Assembly (NCBI GenBank): GCA_031267535.1 | Contig: JAIRYS010000011.1 | Location: 1 to 50,966 of the forward strand | Direction: 5' to 3' | DNA: 50,966 nt | Source of the DNA: Holosporales bacterium | Lineage (GTDB): Bacteria; Pseudomonadota; Alphaproteobacteria; UBA3830; JAIRWN01 | Shown: in pieces, positions 8,516 to 17,839 of the stretch | How the letters are laid out: the number at the start of each line of letters is the position of its first letter | How positions within the stretch are numbered: the first letter of the stretch is position 1 | Position numbers and translations under genes: made by a program | The notes under the pieces: model-generated | What the model was told of the DNA's origin: nothing | Databases searched by the model: none | The model's input: only the letters and a program-made list of their open reading frames with translations

Positions 8516-10936
8516 TCACTCCAGGGCTTTGCTTATAGCGTCCACGGATGGGGAAGGAACGCTGCCATCAGCGCCAACATTATGGATTTTTGTTCTGTCC
8601 AAAGGCTCTTCGCGTAAAGCCTCATAGATCGAGCGTTTTTCGTCACTGCTGGGTGAGCCGGTATCCAAATCCACTCTTTGGAATTTAACGCCTTTTGGCA
8701 CACGGAAAGGCGCGATTTTGTAGCAAGGACTTATATTCTCAAAAAACTTAATTAAAATAGGCAAGGGCAAGTTGGCCCCGAGGACTTTTTCACCTAGGCA
8801 TTCCGGCTGATCGAAAAATATACATATGCCGACGACTAGGTTAGGGGTGTAGCCAAAAACCCAAGTATCGTCACTGTTGCTGGTGGTCCCAGTCTTACAC
8901 GCAAATGGAAAATCAAAATGCCTGGCCCTTACTGCGCTGCCGCGTTTGGATGTTCCCTCCAAAATATGAGTGATTTGATAAACGCTTATTGCATCAAACA
9001 TCTGTTCGGCGGCGTCTGTTATTTCTGGCGGCGTATCGGACATGGACCCGATGTGCATAGCCCCTTCGCATGTTCTGCCGTCGCTTTTAAATATCACGCG
9101 ACCGTTTTTATCTTGTACTTGGTCGATAAACACAGGGGCGATACTTCTGCCGCCGTTGGCAAGAATACAGTAGGCGCGCGCCAGCTTCATAAGCGTGGTT
9201 TCACCGGCCCCCAAAACCGTCGCGGGGTAAATGTTAGGGCTTTGGAGAATGTCAAGTTTCTGTAGTGTTTCGGCAATGGCCTCCAGCCCAATTTCCTGAG
9301 ACAGCGCAACCGTAGCATTGTTGATAGAGCGCTCAAGCGCGCTTCTGAGCGTTACGTCCCCATAAAATTTGTTGGTAACGTTATGCGGCGTCCAGGCTTC
9401 CTGACCCGGGCCGAGTTCAATGGACATAGGTTCGTCCCGGATTATGGAATTAGGCTCAAATCCGCAGTTCATGGCTGTTAAATATATGAACGGTTTGATT
9501 ATAGAGCCAGGCTGTCTTACTGCTTGAGTTACACGGTCATATTCGCTGACGGCATAACTGTATCCGCCATGCATAGCCAACACTCGGCCGTTAAGCGGAT
9601 TCATGACAATGATAGCGCCCTGAGCCTTGGGCAATTGCCTCAAGGCAAAGTTACCGTCTTTGATTGCTTCAACCCAGACGACGTCGCCATTTTTCAAAAC
9701 GTCAGAAGGCGACTTAATTTGCGGCCCAAGCAGGCTTTTGCCCAGGCTTTTCCTAGCCCACTTAAGCTCCGACAATGGTATTTTGCCGGAAGCGCCGTTT
9801 GCTAACCTAATCTCAGCGTTGTCTTTGGAAAGCGTCATTACACATGCAATTGCCCAACCATTGTCCAACTTAGGCAGTGTCTGTACGATTTTTTTCAGTT
9901 CATCCGCGCATTTGGCCGAATCTATGTTGGCTATCGGACCGCGCCAGCCGTATTTGCGATCAAACTCTAAAATACCTTCGCAAAGGCATTGCTCGGCCAG
10001 GCTTTGAAGTTCCGGATCCAGAGTTGCATGTACGCTGTATCCGGCTTTATAGACATTATCTGAGCCAAACTTACTGATTAAAAATCGCCTTATTTCCTCA
10101 GTAAAATAGTCTGCTTTAAACAGCTGGCGCGCCTCAATTGGGGTAAGGCTTAAAGGTTCGTGTAGAGCAGCGTCAGCCTCCCCCCGAAATATAAATTTAT
10201 TCGTAAGCATTCGGTCGATTACCCAATCGCGACGTTCTACTGCCCGCGCATAGTGCTTTTTTATGCTGTAATTAGCGGCCCCCTTCGCTAGACCAGCCAA
10301 ATACGCGCATTCGCCAAGCGTTAACTCGTCCAAAGTTTTGTCAAAATACGATTGAGCGGCAACTGCAACGCCATAAGCAGCAATGCCATCAGCCCCAACG
10401 CCCAGATATATCTGGTTAAGGTAGAGTTCCAGTATTTTGTCCTTAGGGATAGAGGCGTCGATGACTACGGCCAAAAGGGCTTCTTTGATTTTTCTGATCC
10501 ACGAAACCCGATTGCCAGTCAGCATGTTCTTAGCCACCTGCTGGGTTATTGTTGAAGCGCCGACCAAACGCCTGCCTGTACCAATATTGCCAAGGTTGAC
10601 AATTGCCGCCCTTATAATCCCCAGAAAATCCAATCCTTTATGTTGGTAGAAGGTTTTATCCTCGGCTGCGAGGAAAGCGTCGATCAGTTTTTGTGGCACG
10701 ACGTCGATTGGTACAAAAACTCGCTTTTCAATGAAATATTCTGACAAAAGCTTGCCGTCAACGGAGTAAACTCGACTTACCAGCGGGGGGGTATAGCGAT
10801 CTATAAGTGAGTAATTAGGGATCGCCGCGCTGTAGTGTTTGACGGCAAACAACAACCCCATAGCTGCGCAAATTGACAGCATTATAAGCGTTGAACAAGT
10901 TATAGCGGTTGACCAAAAAAAATTGCGCAAAGACAT
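8516..10936 (-). CDS. mrcA: Penicillin-binding protein 1A (bifunctional transglycosylase/transpeptidase)
   Basis: The transglycosylase domain shows EDKTFYQHKGLD and RKIKEA. The transpeptidase domain shows SIIKP (SxxK), SINN (SxN) and KTGTT. Confidence 0.92.
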   Translation of the reverse strand: MSLRNFFWSTAITCSTLIMLSICAAMGLLFAVKHYSAAIPNYSLIDRYTPPLVSRVYSVDGKLLSEYFIEKRVFVPIDVVPQKLIDAFLAAEDKTFYQHKGLDFLGIIRAAIVNLGNIGTGRRLVGASTITQQVAKNMLTGNRVSWIRKIKEALLAVVIDASIPKDKILELYLNQIYLGVGADGIAAYGVAVAAQSYFDKTLDELTLGECAYLAGLAKGAANYSIKKHYARAVERRDWVIDRMLTNKFIFRGEADAALHEPLSLTPIEARQLFKADYFTEEIRRFLISKFGSDNVYKAGYSVHATLDPELQSLAEQCLCEGILEFDRKYGWRGPIANIDSAKCADELKKIVQTLPKLDNGWAIACVMTLSKDNAEIRLANGASGKIPLSELKWARKSLGKSLLGPQIKSPSDVLKNGDVVWVEAIKDGNFALRQLPKAQGAIIVMNPLNGRVLAMHGGYSYAVSEYDRVTQAVRQPGSIIKPFIYLTAMNCGFEPNSIIRDEPMSIELGPGQEAWTPHNVTNKFYGDVTLRSALERSINNATVALSQEIGLEAIAETLQKLDILQSPNIYPATVLGAGETTLMKLARAYCILANGGRSIAPVFIDQVQDKNGRVIFKSDGRTCEGAMHIGSMSDTPPEITDAAEQMFDAISVYQITHILEGTSKRGSAVRARHFDFPFACKTGTTSNSDDTWVFGYTPNLVVGICIFFDQPECLGEKVLGANLPLPILIKFFENISPCYKIAPFRVPKGVKFQRVDLDTGSPSSDEKRSIYEALREEPLDRTKIHNVGADGSVPSPSVDAISKALE

Positions 10937-11145
10937 GAAAGCTGCACGAAAATAAGCGGAAGCACTTTATCATAAAGTTTCAAGTTCAACTATTTCAGAT
11001 TAGAGGGATTAGGCGCGCGCTGGTACGGCAAGCGTATCGACGCATAGATTCCCATTCTTGTACATGCAGGTAATTTGTTTTGGCTCTGGACACAGTTGGC
11101 AACATAGTGTAGCATCCGCCTTAGCAGCAACATGTCGAGGCATTT

Positions 11146-11283
11146 ATGAGTAAAAGGACCTATCAACCAAGTAGGCTTGTGCGTAAGCGTCGTCATGGCT
11201 TTCGCTCTAGAATGCAGACTGTCGGCGGCAGAAGAGTTCTTCGTGACCGTCGCGCTAAGGGACGGATCAAATTATCCGCCTAG
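11146..11283 (+). CDS. rpmH: 50S ribosomal protein L34
   Basis: Translated by hand: [45 protein letters not shown]. It is below the ORF-track length cut-off. Confidence 0.93.
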   Translation: MSKRTYQPSRLVRKRRHGFRSRMQTVGGRRVLRDRRAKGRIKLSA

Positions 11284-11289
11284 TTTGAC

Positions 11290-11982
11290 TTGTCGTGCAT
11301 AAATATCCACTTTAAACAAAATCTGCAGCAATGTATTAAGATCAAATCAGCTGTGTTTGTCGCCTTTGCGATTTTATGTCAGGGCTTTTCCCCCGATTAC
11401 GCCTTAGGTTCAAAGAAAACGCAAACAGTCCTTGACAGGAAAGTCATTAGGGTACGCGGGCCTTTTATCCCTTCATGCGGTTCGGACAACCCGAAGCTTA
11501 CTGTTGTTGTTTACAGCGATTGTCTTTGCCCAAAATGTTATAAAGTTCTGCGCGACCTCAGCGCTATAGCTAAAAAATACAAAAAAATCAGAATCGTGTA
11601 TAAAGAACTTCCTGTACACGGCAGGCTGTCGCTGGATTGTTCTGCTATGGCGCTGGTCGCTCATTCCCAAGGAAAATATTGGGCTTTTAAAGCAAGCGCC
11701 GAACAGTATTTTAAAAGTATGGAAGAAAAGCCTAAGGCAATGCCAAATTGCTGGACTCCGGCGGTTCGTGCGGGCTTAGATATCAAGTTGGCGAAACAAA
11801 CCATCAACAGCGCCGCCGTTGTACAGGAGCTTAAAGCAAACTTTGATGAAGTAATGTCCTTAATCCCTGATCCGGACACACCTGTAATCGTGCTGGGCGA
11901 TACTGTGATAAAAGGCGCTTTGCCTAAAGATAAGCTAGACGGCATAATAAGGCAGAAATTGCGCTTGGGATTAGTTTTATGA
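11290..11982 (+). CDS. DsbA-like thiol:disulfide oxidoreductase (thioredoxin fold)
   Basis: The CPKC active-site motif sits in VVVYSDCLCPKCYKVL, and the N-terminus is hydrophobic. The only available start is the TTG at 11290, because there is no in-frame ATG near the 5' end. Confidence 0.65.
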   Translation: MSCINIHFKQNLQQCIKIKSAVFVAFAILCQGFSPDYALGSKKTQTVLDRKVIRVRGPFIPSCGSDNPKLTVVVYSDCLCPKCYKVLRDLSAIAKKYKKIRIVYKELPVHGRLSLDCSAMALVAHSQGKYWAFKASAEQYFKSMEEKPKAMPNCWTPAVRAGLDIKLAKQTINSAAVVQELKANFDEVMSLIPDPDTPVIVLGDTVIKGALPKDKLDGIIRQKLRLGLVL

Positions 11983-12821
11983 AGCTTATACTTATTGACG
12001 GCTCTGGTTTTATATATCGGGCATTTTATGCGCTGCCAAAACTGACTAGCCAATACGACCAAACGCCAGTCGGCGCAGTGTATGGTTTTTGCCATATGAT
12101 ACTGTCGACTGCAAGCGCTCATAAGCATGATTACATCGCCGTTGTTTTTGACGCTGGCCGAAAAACGTTTAGGCACGAGATATACGCGCAATATAAAGCC
12201 AACAGAGGCGATATACCAGAAGACCTTGTTCCCCAGTTTCCAATGGTTAGGATGTCATGCGACGTCCTTGGTATCCCGCATATAGAAGAAAATGGAGTAG
12301 AAGCCGACGATCTAATCGCTTCCTATGCCGCCAAAGCCAAAAACTCTGGCTTGCTGACGGAAATTGTGTCGTCCGACAAAGACTTAATTCAGGTAATGGA
12401 CAACAACGTTGCAGTTTATGACCCAATGAAGTCTCAATTTTTATCCGACGAGAGTGTTTTCAAAAAATACGGGATATGCCCGCATCAAATGATTGATTTT
12501 CAGGCGCTGGTTGGCGACGCCAGCGATAATATTCCCGGAATAGCCGGAGTTGGACCTAAAACGGCGTCAATGCTGTTGCAACAATTTGGATCGCTGGACA
12601 GGATATTTGCTAACCTTGACAAAATTACATCAATTAGGCTTAAGGAAAGGCTAGTCAAATACAAAGATGACGCTTACATTTCAAAAAAATTATCTACACT
12701 AAAAACCGATCTTAGTTTAAAGATACCAATAGAAAAGCTTGTCCGTCGCCCGATTTCCAATATAGCGCATGATTTTTTCAGCAAACACGGCTTTAATAAC
12801 ATAATCAAACGCTGGCTCTAG
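11979..12821 (+). CDS. Stand-alone 5'-3' exonuclease (Pol I N-terminal/FEN-like domain)
   Basis: MKLILIDGSGFIYRAFYA at the start; SDKDLIQ; the H3TH region GDASDNIPGIAGVGPKTA. An ATGA overlap links it to the upstream gene. Confidence 0.85.
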   Translation: MKLILIDGSGFIYRAFYALPKLTSQYDQTPVGAVYGFCHMILSTASAHKHDYIAVVFDAGRKTFRHEIYAQYKANRGDIPEDLVPQFPMVRMSCDVLGIPHIEENGVEADDLIASYAAKAKNSGLLTEIVSSDKDLIQVMDNNVAVYDPMKSQFLSDESVFKKYGICPHQMIDFQALVGDASDNIPGIAGVGPKTASMLLQQFGSLDRIFANLDKITSIRLKERLVKYKDDAYISKKLSTLKTDLSLKIPIEKLVRRPISNIAHDFFSKHGFNNIIKRWL

Positions 12822-13154
12822 GACGATTGTTGTTTTTTGTTTTGACAAATCGCTTAAAAAATAATTTTTTGCAAAATAGCACAATGAAAAATATTTTTAT
12901 TGCCAATTTATTTAAATGAATACGAGATAGTCCTTACAAAAATCAAAATAAAAGCTACAGAATTTATGGGACAAAAAACGCAAGGGGATGCAGAAGAAAA
13001 AATGAATATCTTAACGCGGGTCTTTATCCCTATTAAGCTTGGTGAAACATATACTAAGCGAAAGTTAACGCCTTAGTGTTTTTCGGAAGCGCCGACATTG
13101 TCTACTTTGTAAAAATATCTGGGCAATATTGAAGAGATTGCTACCGTTACAGGG

Positions 13155-13439
13155 TTGCGACTGGCAAATGGTAAAGTATTCGTTGAACACTGCAGCGACC
13201 TTGGCGTACCGCTCGAGACAGAGCAACCTGCCAGATGGGGATACATAGCCGGCGGAGTGAAGACTGAACCGAATATGTTAATACTAGCATCTCAAACACC
13301 GAAAAAATATTATGGCTCGGAAATTTCACCTTTCGCCAAATGGTACTACAGAGGGTTGTTAACGCCGCTTGTCCAAAATCTTGCTCCAGATCAAGACGCC
13401 TTTAGAATTCTTGTGGAGTTTCATCAAATGGAGGACTGA
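13155..13439 (+). CDS. Questionable 94-aa ORF in the more GC-rich core of the spacer upstream of rpoB (possible gene relic)
   Basis: The frame is open from 13113. The only start is a TTG, there is no obvious RBS, and I recognise no motif. Confidence 0.2.
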   Translation: MRLANGKVFVEHCSDLGVPLETEQPARWGYIAGGVKTEPNMLILASQTPKKYYGSEISPFAKWYYRGLLTPLVQNLAPDQDAFRILVEFHQMED

Positions 13440-13647
13440 TTGCCGACGAAATCGCCCTAATTACTTAAAAAATATAACTTTTTAGTTTTGTGCATAAAAT
13501 ATCGCTTTAATATTTCTGATTATCTGATAATAATTAACGAAGTTTTAAAACGATCTATTCCGTGCAAGATCCTTCTTTCATGTCGAGGGTATTGTGTGCC
13601 GTCGCTCAGCGATGGGCTTTCTGTAAACAAAACTGGAGCAAACAACA

Positions 13648-16600
13648 ATGATAAAAGGCTTTACCGAGCGTAAAAGGCTACGTAAGCATTTCGGCAAAAT
13701 TCAAGAAGTGATGGACATGCCGAATCTCGTTGGGTTGCAACGCTATTCCTACGAGCGTTTTTTGCAAGCCGATGTCCCGCCAGAAAACAGAGTGGAGGAG
13801 GGATTGCAGGCTGCCTTTAAGTCTGTTTTCCCGATAAAAGATTACTCCGGCCGAGCTCAAATAGATTTTCAAAAATATTATTTTGACGAACCAAGGTACG
13901 ATGAGAATGAATGTCGTCAGCGTGGGTTGACGTTCGCAGTACCGCTCAGGGCGACTTTCAGATTGCTTATCTGGGACGTCAACGACAACGCCAGCAAGCG
14001 CTCTGTCCGAGATATAAAAGAACAAGACGTCTACATGGGCGATATTCCGCTTATGACGGCTAATGGAACATTTATTGTAAATGGCGTCGAGCGGGTTGTT
14101 GTATCGCAAATGCAGCGCTCGCCCGGGGTGTTTTTTGACCATGATAACGGCAAAACCCACGCGTCCGGTAAGTTTTTGTTTGCTGGGCATGTGATTCCTT
14201 ATCGCGGATCCTGGCTGGATTTTGAGTTTGACGCCAAAGAGTTCATCAACATTCGCATAGACCGTAAACGCAAACTTCCCGTGACAACTTTGCTGATGGC
14301 GTTGCTGTCTGACGAGACTGAAAAGGCGATGCTTAAAGCCGAAAAAGCTGGCAAACCGTTCGACAAATCCCAAGCGTGCGGTATGAGCAAGGAAGAGATT
14401 CTCTCTTGTTTCTACAGAAGGATACGCTATCGACACAATAAAGGCGAAAACTTCTGGCGAGGAGAGTTCTTCCCGGCGGCGCTTGCAGGTGTAAGTTTGG
14501 ATAAAGACTTAGTCGACGCCAAAACGGGCGAGGTTGTGCTTAAAGCTGGCGCTAAGGTTAACAATAAAGTCCTGTCAAAGCTGGAATCGACCGGCTTGAA
14601 AGAATTGGTTGTTCAGCCGGAAGATATTATTGGCAGATATAGCGCAGTTGATATCGTAAACATGTCCAACGGGCTAGTTTTGGTAGAGGCCGGGGATGGA
14701 CTGACTGAAGAAAGCCTTAAGCTTTTGGAAGAACATGGAGTTAATGAGCTGGACGTCCTGTTTATCGACAATATGCATGTCGGCGGATACATACGGAATA
14801 CCTTGGCGGCCGATAAGAATAACAATCGGGAAGAAGCGCTTGCAGATATTTATCGAATAATGCGCCCGGGGGATCCCCCAACCATAGAAGGGGCAGAGTT
14901 GCTGTTTAGCGGGTTGTTTTTTGATTTCGAGCGATACGATCTGTCTGCTGTTGGGCGCGTAAAGCTTAACGCTAGACTTGGGTTTGAACACGCCGACACG
15001 CCGAGGGTGCTTACCAAAAGGGATATTGTAGCCGCAGTGAAGATCTTGCACGATTTGAAAGACGGAATAGGAGAGATTGACGATATAGATAACCTCGGTA
15101 ACCGAAGAGTGCGCGCCGTTGGCGAGCTGCTTGAGAATCAGTTCCGTATAGGGTTATCCAGAATAGAGCGCGCCGTGCGAGAAAAGATGGGCGGCGTTGA
15201 GATAGAGAACGCCATGCCTAATGACGTTATTAATGCAAAGCCGGTCTCGGCTACTGTAAGGGAATTTTTTGCCGGATCGCAGCTGTCTCAGTTTATGGAT
15301 CAGACCAATCCGTTGGCTGAGGTAACCCATAAAAGGCGAATTTCTTCGCTAGGGCCAGGGGGGCTGTCTCGTGATCGCGCTGGGCTTGAAGTGCGTGACG
15401 TTCACACAACTCACTATGGACGAATCTGTCCGATTGAGACTCCAGAAGGTCCGAATATCGGTCTTATAAACTCATTAGCAATCTTCGCCCGCGTTAACAA
15501 ATATGGATTCATTGAAACGCCGTACCGCAAGGTAAGCGACGGCGTCGTAACGGACGAGATTGTATACCTGTCCGCTTTGGAAGAAGCAAAATATACAATT
15601 GCGCAAGCTAATTCAGAGATTGCAGCCGACGGTAAGCTGATCGACGAATTAGTAGTGTGCCGTAAAAACGGAGATGTAATTACTGTTTCGCCAAAATCGA
15701 TTGATCTTATGGATGTTTCGCCTAAGCAGGTGGTTTCTGTGGCGGCGGCGCTTATACCGGCGCTTGGTAACGACGACGCCAGTCGTGCTTTGATGGGATC
15801 AAACATGCAGAAACAAGCAGTGCCGCTTCTTAAAAGTCAAGCGCCGCTTATTGGTACGGGCGTTGAGTGCGCAGTTGCAAGGGATTCTGGCGTGACAATC
15901 GTAGCTAGGCGAGATGGAGTAGTCGATCAAGTCGACGCCAATCGCATCGTTATAAAAACAACAGGCAAACGCAGCTTTTCGTCAGTTGGCGTCGATATAT
16001 ATAACCTTCGCAAGTTCGAATGTTCTAACCAAAACACCTGCATCAATCAGCGACCTTTGGTCGGAAAGGGCGACATGATAAAGACGGGGGATATCATCGC
16101 CGACGGCCAGTCAACAGAGCTGGGCGAGTTAGCCCTTGGCGAGAACGTCTCGGTGGCGTTTATGCTTTGGCAAGGATTGGGGTTCGAAGACGCGATTATA
16201 GTCTCTGAAAGGTTGGTTAGTAATGACCATTTTACTTCGATGCATATTGAAGAGTTCGAGGTTATAGCTCGCGACACCAAGCTTGGTAACGAAGAGATTA
16301 CCAGAGACATCCCCAATATAAGCGAAGAGACTTTGCATAACCTCGACGAAGCCGGAATAGTGTACATAGGCGCAGAAGTAAAGGCCGGCGATATTCTGGT
16401 GGGCAAGATCACCCCTAAAGGCGAATCTCAATTGTCGACGGAAGAGAAACTGCTTCGCGCAATATTTGGCGAGCGGGCGTCTGACGTGCGGGATACGTCG
16501 TTACGAGTTTCACCAGGGGCAGCGGGCACAGTCATCGACGTTAAGGTGTTCTCGCGCACCGGGCTTGAAAAAGACGAGCGCGCTTTGGCTATTGATCAAG

Positions 16601-17826
16601 TCGAAATTGATCGCCTATCCAAAGATTTTGAAGCAGAAAAGGAGATTATAGAAAAAGATTTTTATTTCAGACTTTCAGAGCTGCTTAAAGGCGAGACTGT
16701 GTCTGCTGCGCCGGACAAAAGTTTGGTTGGCAAGAAGATTACAGCGGCCATGTTGTCCACCCTTGGAAAGAGCAAATGGCGTCAGCTTGAAATAAAGAGC
16801 GAGGAAGCGGCCAAAGACATAGAAAAATTGATCAAACAATTCGATTCGATAGCCGAAAATCTTAAGAAAAAATTCGACGATCGGATTGAAAAGCTGCGTA
16901 GAGGGGATGATTTAGCGCCTGGCGTTCTTAAAATAGTGCGGGTGTACGTGGCTGTTAAACGTAAGGTTCAACCAGGGGACAAGATGGCCGGTCGTCATGG
17001 GAACAAGGGCGTTGTCTCAAAAGTAGTGCCGATCGAGGATATGCCGTATATGGAGGATGGGACGCCTGTAGACATAATCCTTAACCCGCTTGGTATCCCG
17101 TCGCGTATGAACATCGGTCAGGTTCTTGAGGCTCATCTTGGCATGGCTGCGCACGGCCTGGGTAAGCAGATCGAGAAAACCTTGCTTAGTATGACTGGAA
17201 ATGAAGAAAGTCTAGACGTTATAAGGAATAAACTTAAAGAGGTATATACGTCGAAATCAGATAAAAAAGAGTTGGATAAACTGGATGACGGCGAGATTGC
17301 GGAATTAGCGGTTAACTTAACTAAGGGCGTGCCTATGGCAATGCCGGTGTTCGACAGCGCCAGTAATGACGAGGTTTCTGAGAATCTGAAGGCGGCTGGG
17401 TGCAATCCTACCGGTAAGGTCCGCCTTATCGACGGAAGAACCGGCGAGTACTTTGACCGCGAGGTTATGGTTGGTTATCTTTACATGATCAAGCTTGACC
17501 ACATGGTCGATGACAAAATGCATGCGCGGTCTGTGGGCCCTTACAGTTTGGTCACTCAGCAACCCCTTGGCGGCAAGGCTCAGTTCGGGGGGCAGCGTTT
17601 TGGTGAAATGGAAGTTTGGGCGCTTCAGGCATATGGCGCCGCTTATACCCTGCAGGAAATGCTTACAGTTAAGTCAGATGATGTGGAAGGGCGAACCAAA
17701 GCCTACGAAACCATCATTAAAGGCAATCAAAACATAGAGCCTGGTATGCCAGAGTCGTTTAATGTTCTAGTGAAAGAGCTGAACGCTTTGGCGTTTAATC
17801 TTGAATTCTTGGAAGGCAACGCTTAG
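13648..17826 (+). CDS. rpoB: DNA-directed RNA polymerase subunit beta
   Basis: The 1392-aa product starts [18 protein letters not shown]. It also contains conserved stretches such as [14 protein letters not shown] and [11 protein letters not shown]. Confidence 0.98.
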   Translation: MIKGFTERKRLRKHFGKIQEVMDMPNLVGLQRYSYERFLQADVPPENRVEEGLQAAFKSVFPIKDYSGRAQIDFQKYYFDEPRYDENECRQRGLTFAVPLRATFRLLIWDVNDNASKRSVRDIKEQDVYMGDIPLMTANGTFIVNGVERVVVSQMQRSPGVFFDHDNGKTHASGKFLFAGHVIPYRGSWLDFEFDAKEFINIRIDRKRKLPVTTLLMALLSDETEKAMLKAEKAGKPFDKSQACGMSKEEILSCFYRRIRYRHNKGENFWRGEFFPAALAGVSLDKDLVDAKTGEVVLKAGAKVNNKVLSKLESTGLKELVVQPEDIIGRYSAVDIVNMSNGLVLVEAGDGLTEESLKLLEEHGVNELDVLFIDNMHVGGYIRNTLAADKNNNREEALADIYRIMRPGDPPTIEGAELLFSGLFFDFERYDLSAVGRVKLNARLGFEHADTPRVLTKRDIVAAVKILHDLKDGIGEIDDIDNLGNRRVRAVGELLENQFRIGLSRIERAVREKMGGVEIENAMPNDVINAKPVSATVREFFAGSQLSQFMDQTNPLAEVTHKRRISSLGPGGLSRDRAGLEVRDVHTTHYGRICPIETPEGPNIGLINSLAIFARVNKYGFIETPYRKVSDGVVTDEIVYLSALEEAKYTIAQANSEIAADGKLIDELVVCRKNGDVITVSPKSIDLMDVSPKQVVSVAAALIPALGNDDASRALMGSNMQKQAVPLLKSQAPLIGTGVECAVARDSGVTIVARRDGVVDQVDANRIVIKTTGKRSFSSVGVDIYNLRKFECSNQNTCINQRPLVGKGDMIKTGDIIADGQSTELGELALGENVSVAFMLWQGLGFEDAIIVSERLVSNDHFTSMHIEEFEVIARDTKLGNEEITRDIPNISEETLHNLDEAGIVYIGAEVKAGDILVGKITPKGESQLSTEEKLLRAIFGERASDVRDTSLRVSPGAAGTVIDVKVFSRTGLEKDERALAIDQVEIDRLSKDFEAEKEIIEKDFYFRLSELLKGETVSAAPDKSLVGKKITAAMLSTLGKSKWRQLEIKSEEAAKDIEKLIKQFDSIAENLKKKFDDRIEKLRRGDDLAPGVLKIVRVYVAVKRKVQPGDKMAGRHGNKGVVSKVVPIEDMPYMEDGTPVDIILNPLGIPSRMNIGQVLEAHLGMAAHGLGKQIEKTLLSMTGNEESLDVIRNKLKEVYTSKSDKKELDKLDDGEIAELAVNLTKGVPMAMPVFDSASNDEVSENLKAAGCNPTGKVRLIDGRTGEYFDREVMVGYLYMIKLDHMVDDKMHARSVGPYSLVTQQPLGGKAQFGGQRFGEMEVWALQAYGAAYTLQEMLTVKSDDVEGRTKAYETIIKGNQNIEPGMPESFNVLVKELNALAFNLEFLEGNA

Positions 17827-17839
17827 GAGGAAAGACGCG

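Noticed and set aside
10990-11196. 68-aa ORF on the minus strand in the PBP1A-rpmH spacer.
   Set aside because: It overlaps the unmistakable rpmH (L34) coding sequence on the opposite strand.
11661-12191. 176-aa ORF on the minus strand.
   Set aside because: It is antisense across the junction of the DsbA-like and exonuclease genes, both of which carry clear family motifs.
12822-13647. RNase P RNA, SRP RNA or a tmRNA coding piece hidden in the long spacer upstream of rpoB.
   Set aside because: I could not find the universally conserved RNase P motif (GGAAAGTCCGG), the SRP domain IV consensus or a tag reading frame. A different structured RNA remains possible; see the finding for this region.
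13678-14436. 252-aa ORF on the minus strand.
   Set aside because: It lies entirely antisense within rpoB, whose identity is unambiguous. Its composition is low-complexity and typical of a shadow ORF.
17801-17839. N-terminal extensions in the ORF track. These affect rpoC from 17801, rodA from 34031, HIT from 38299, the hydrolase from 24385, dusB from 40182, the Fis-like gene from 41164 and the GT4 gene from 3629.
   Set aside because: Downstream ATG codons coincide with conserved protein N-termini and with RBS-like sequences, for example AGGAGG before 17840 and GGAGG before 24253. The extensions overlap upstream genes.
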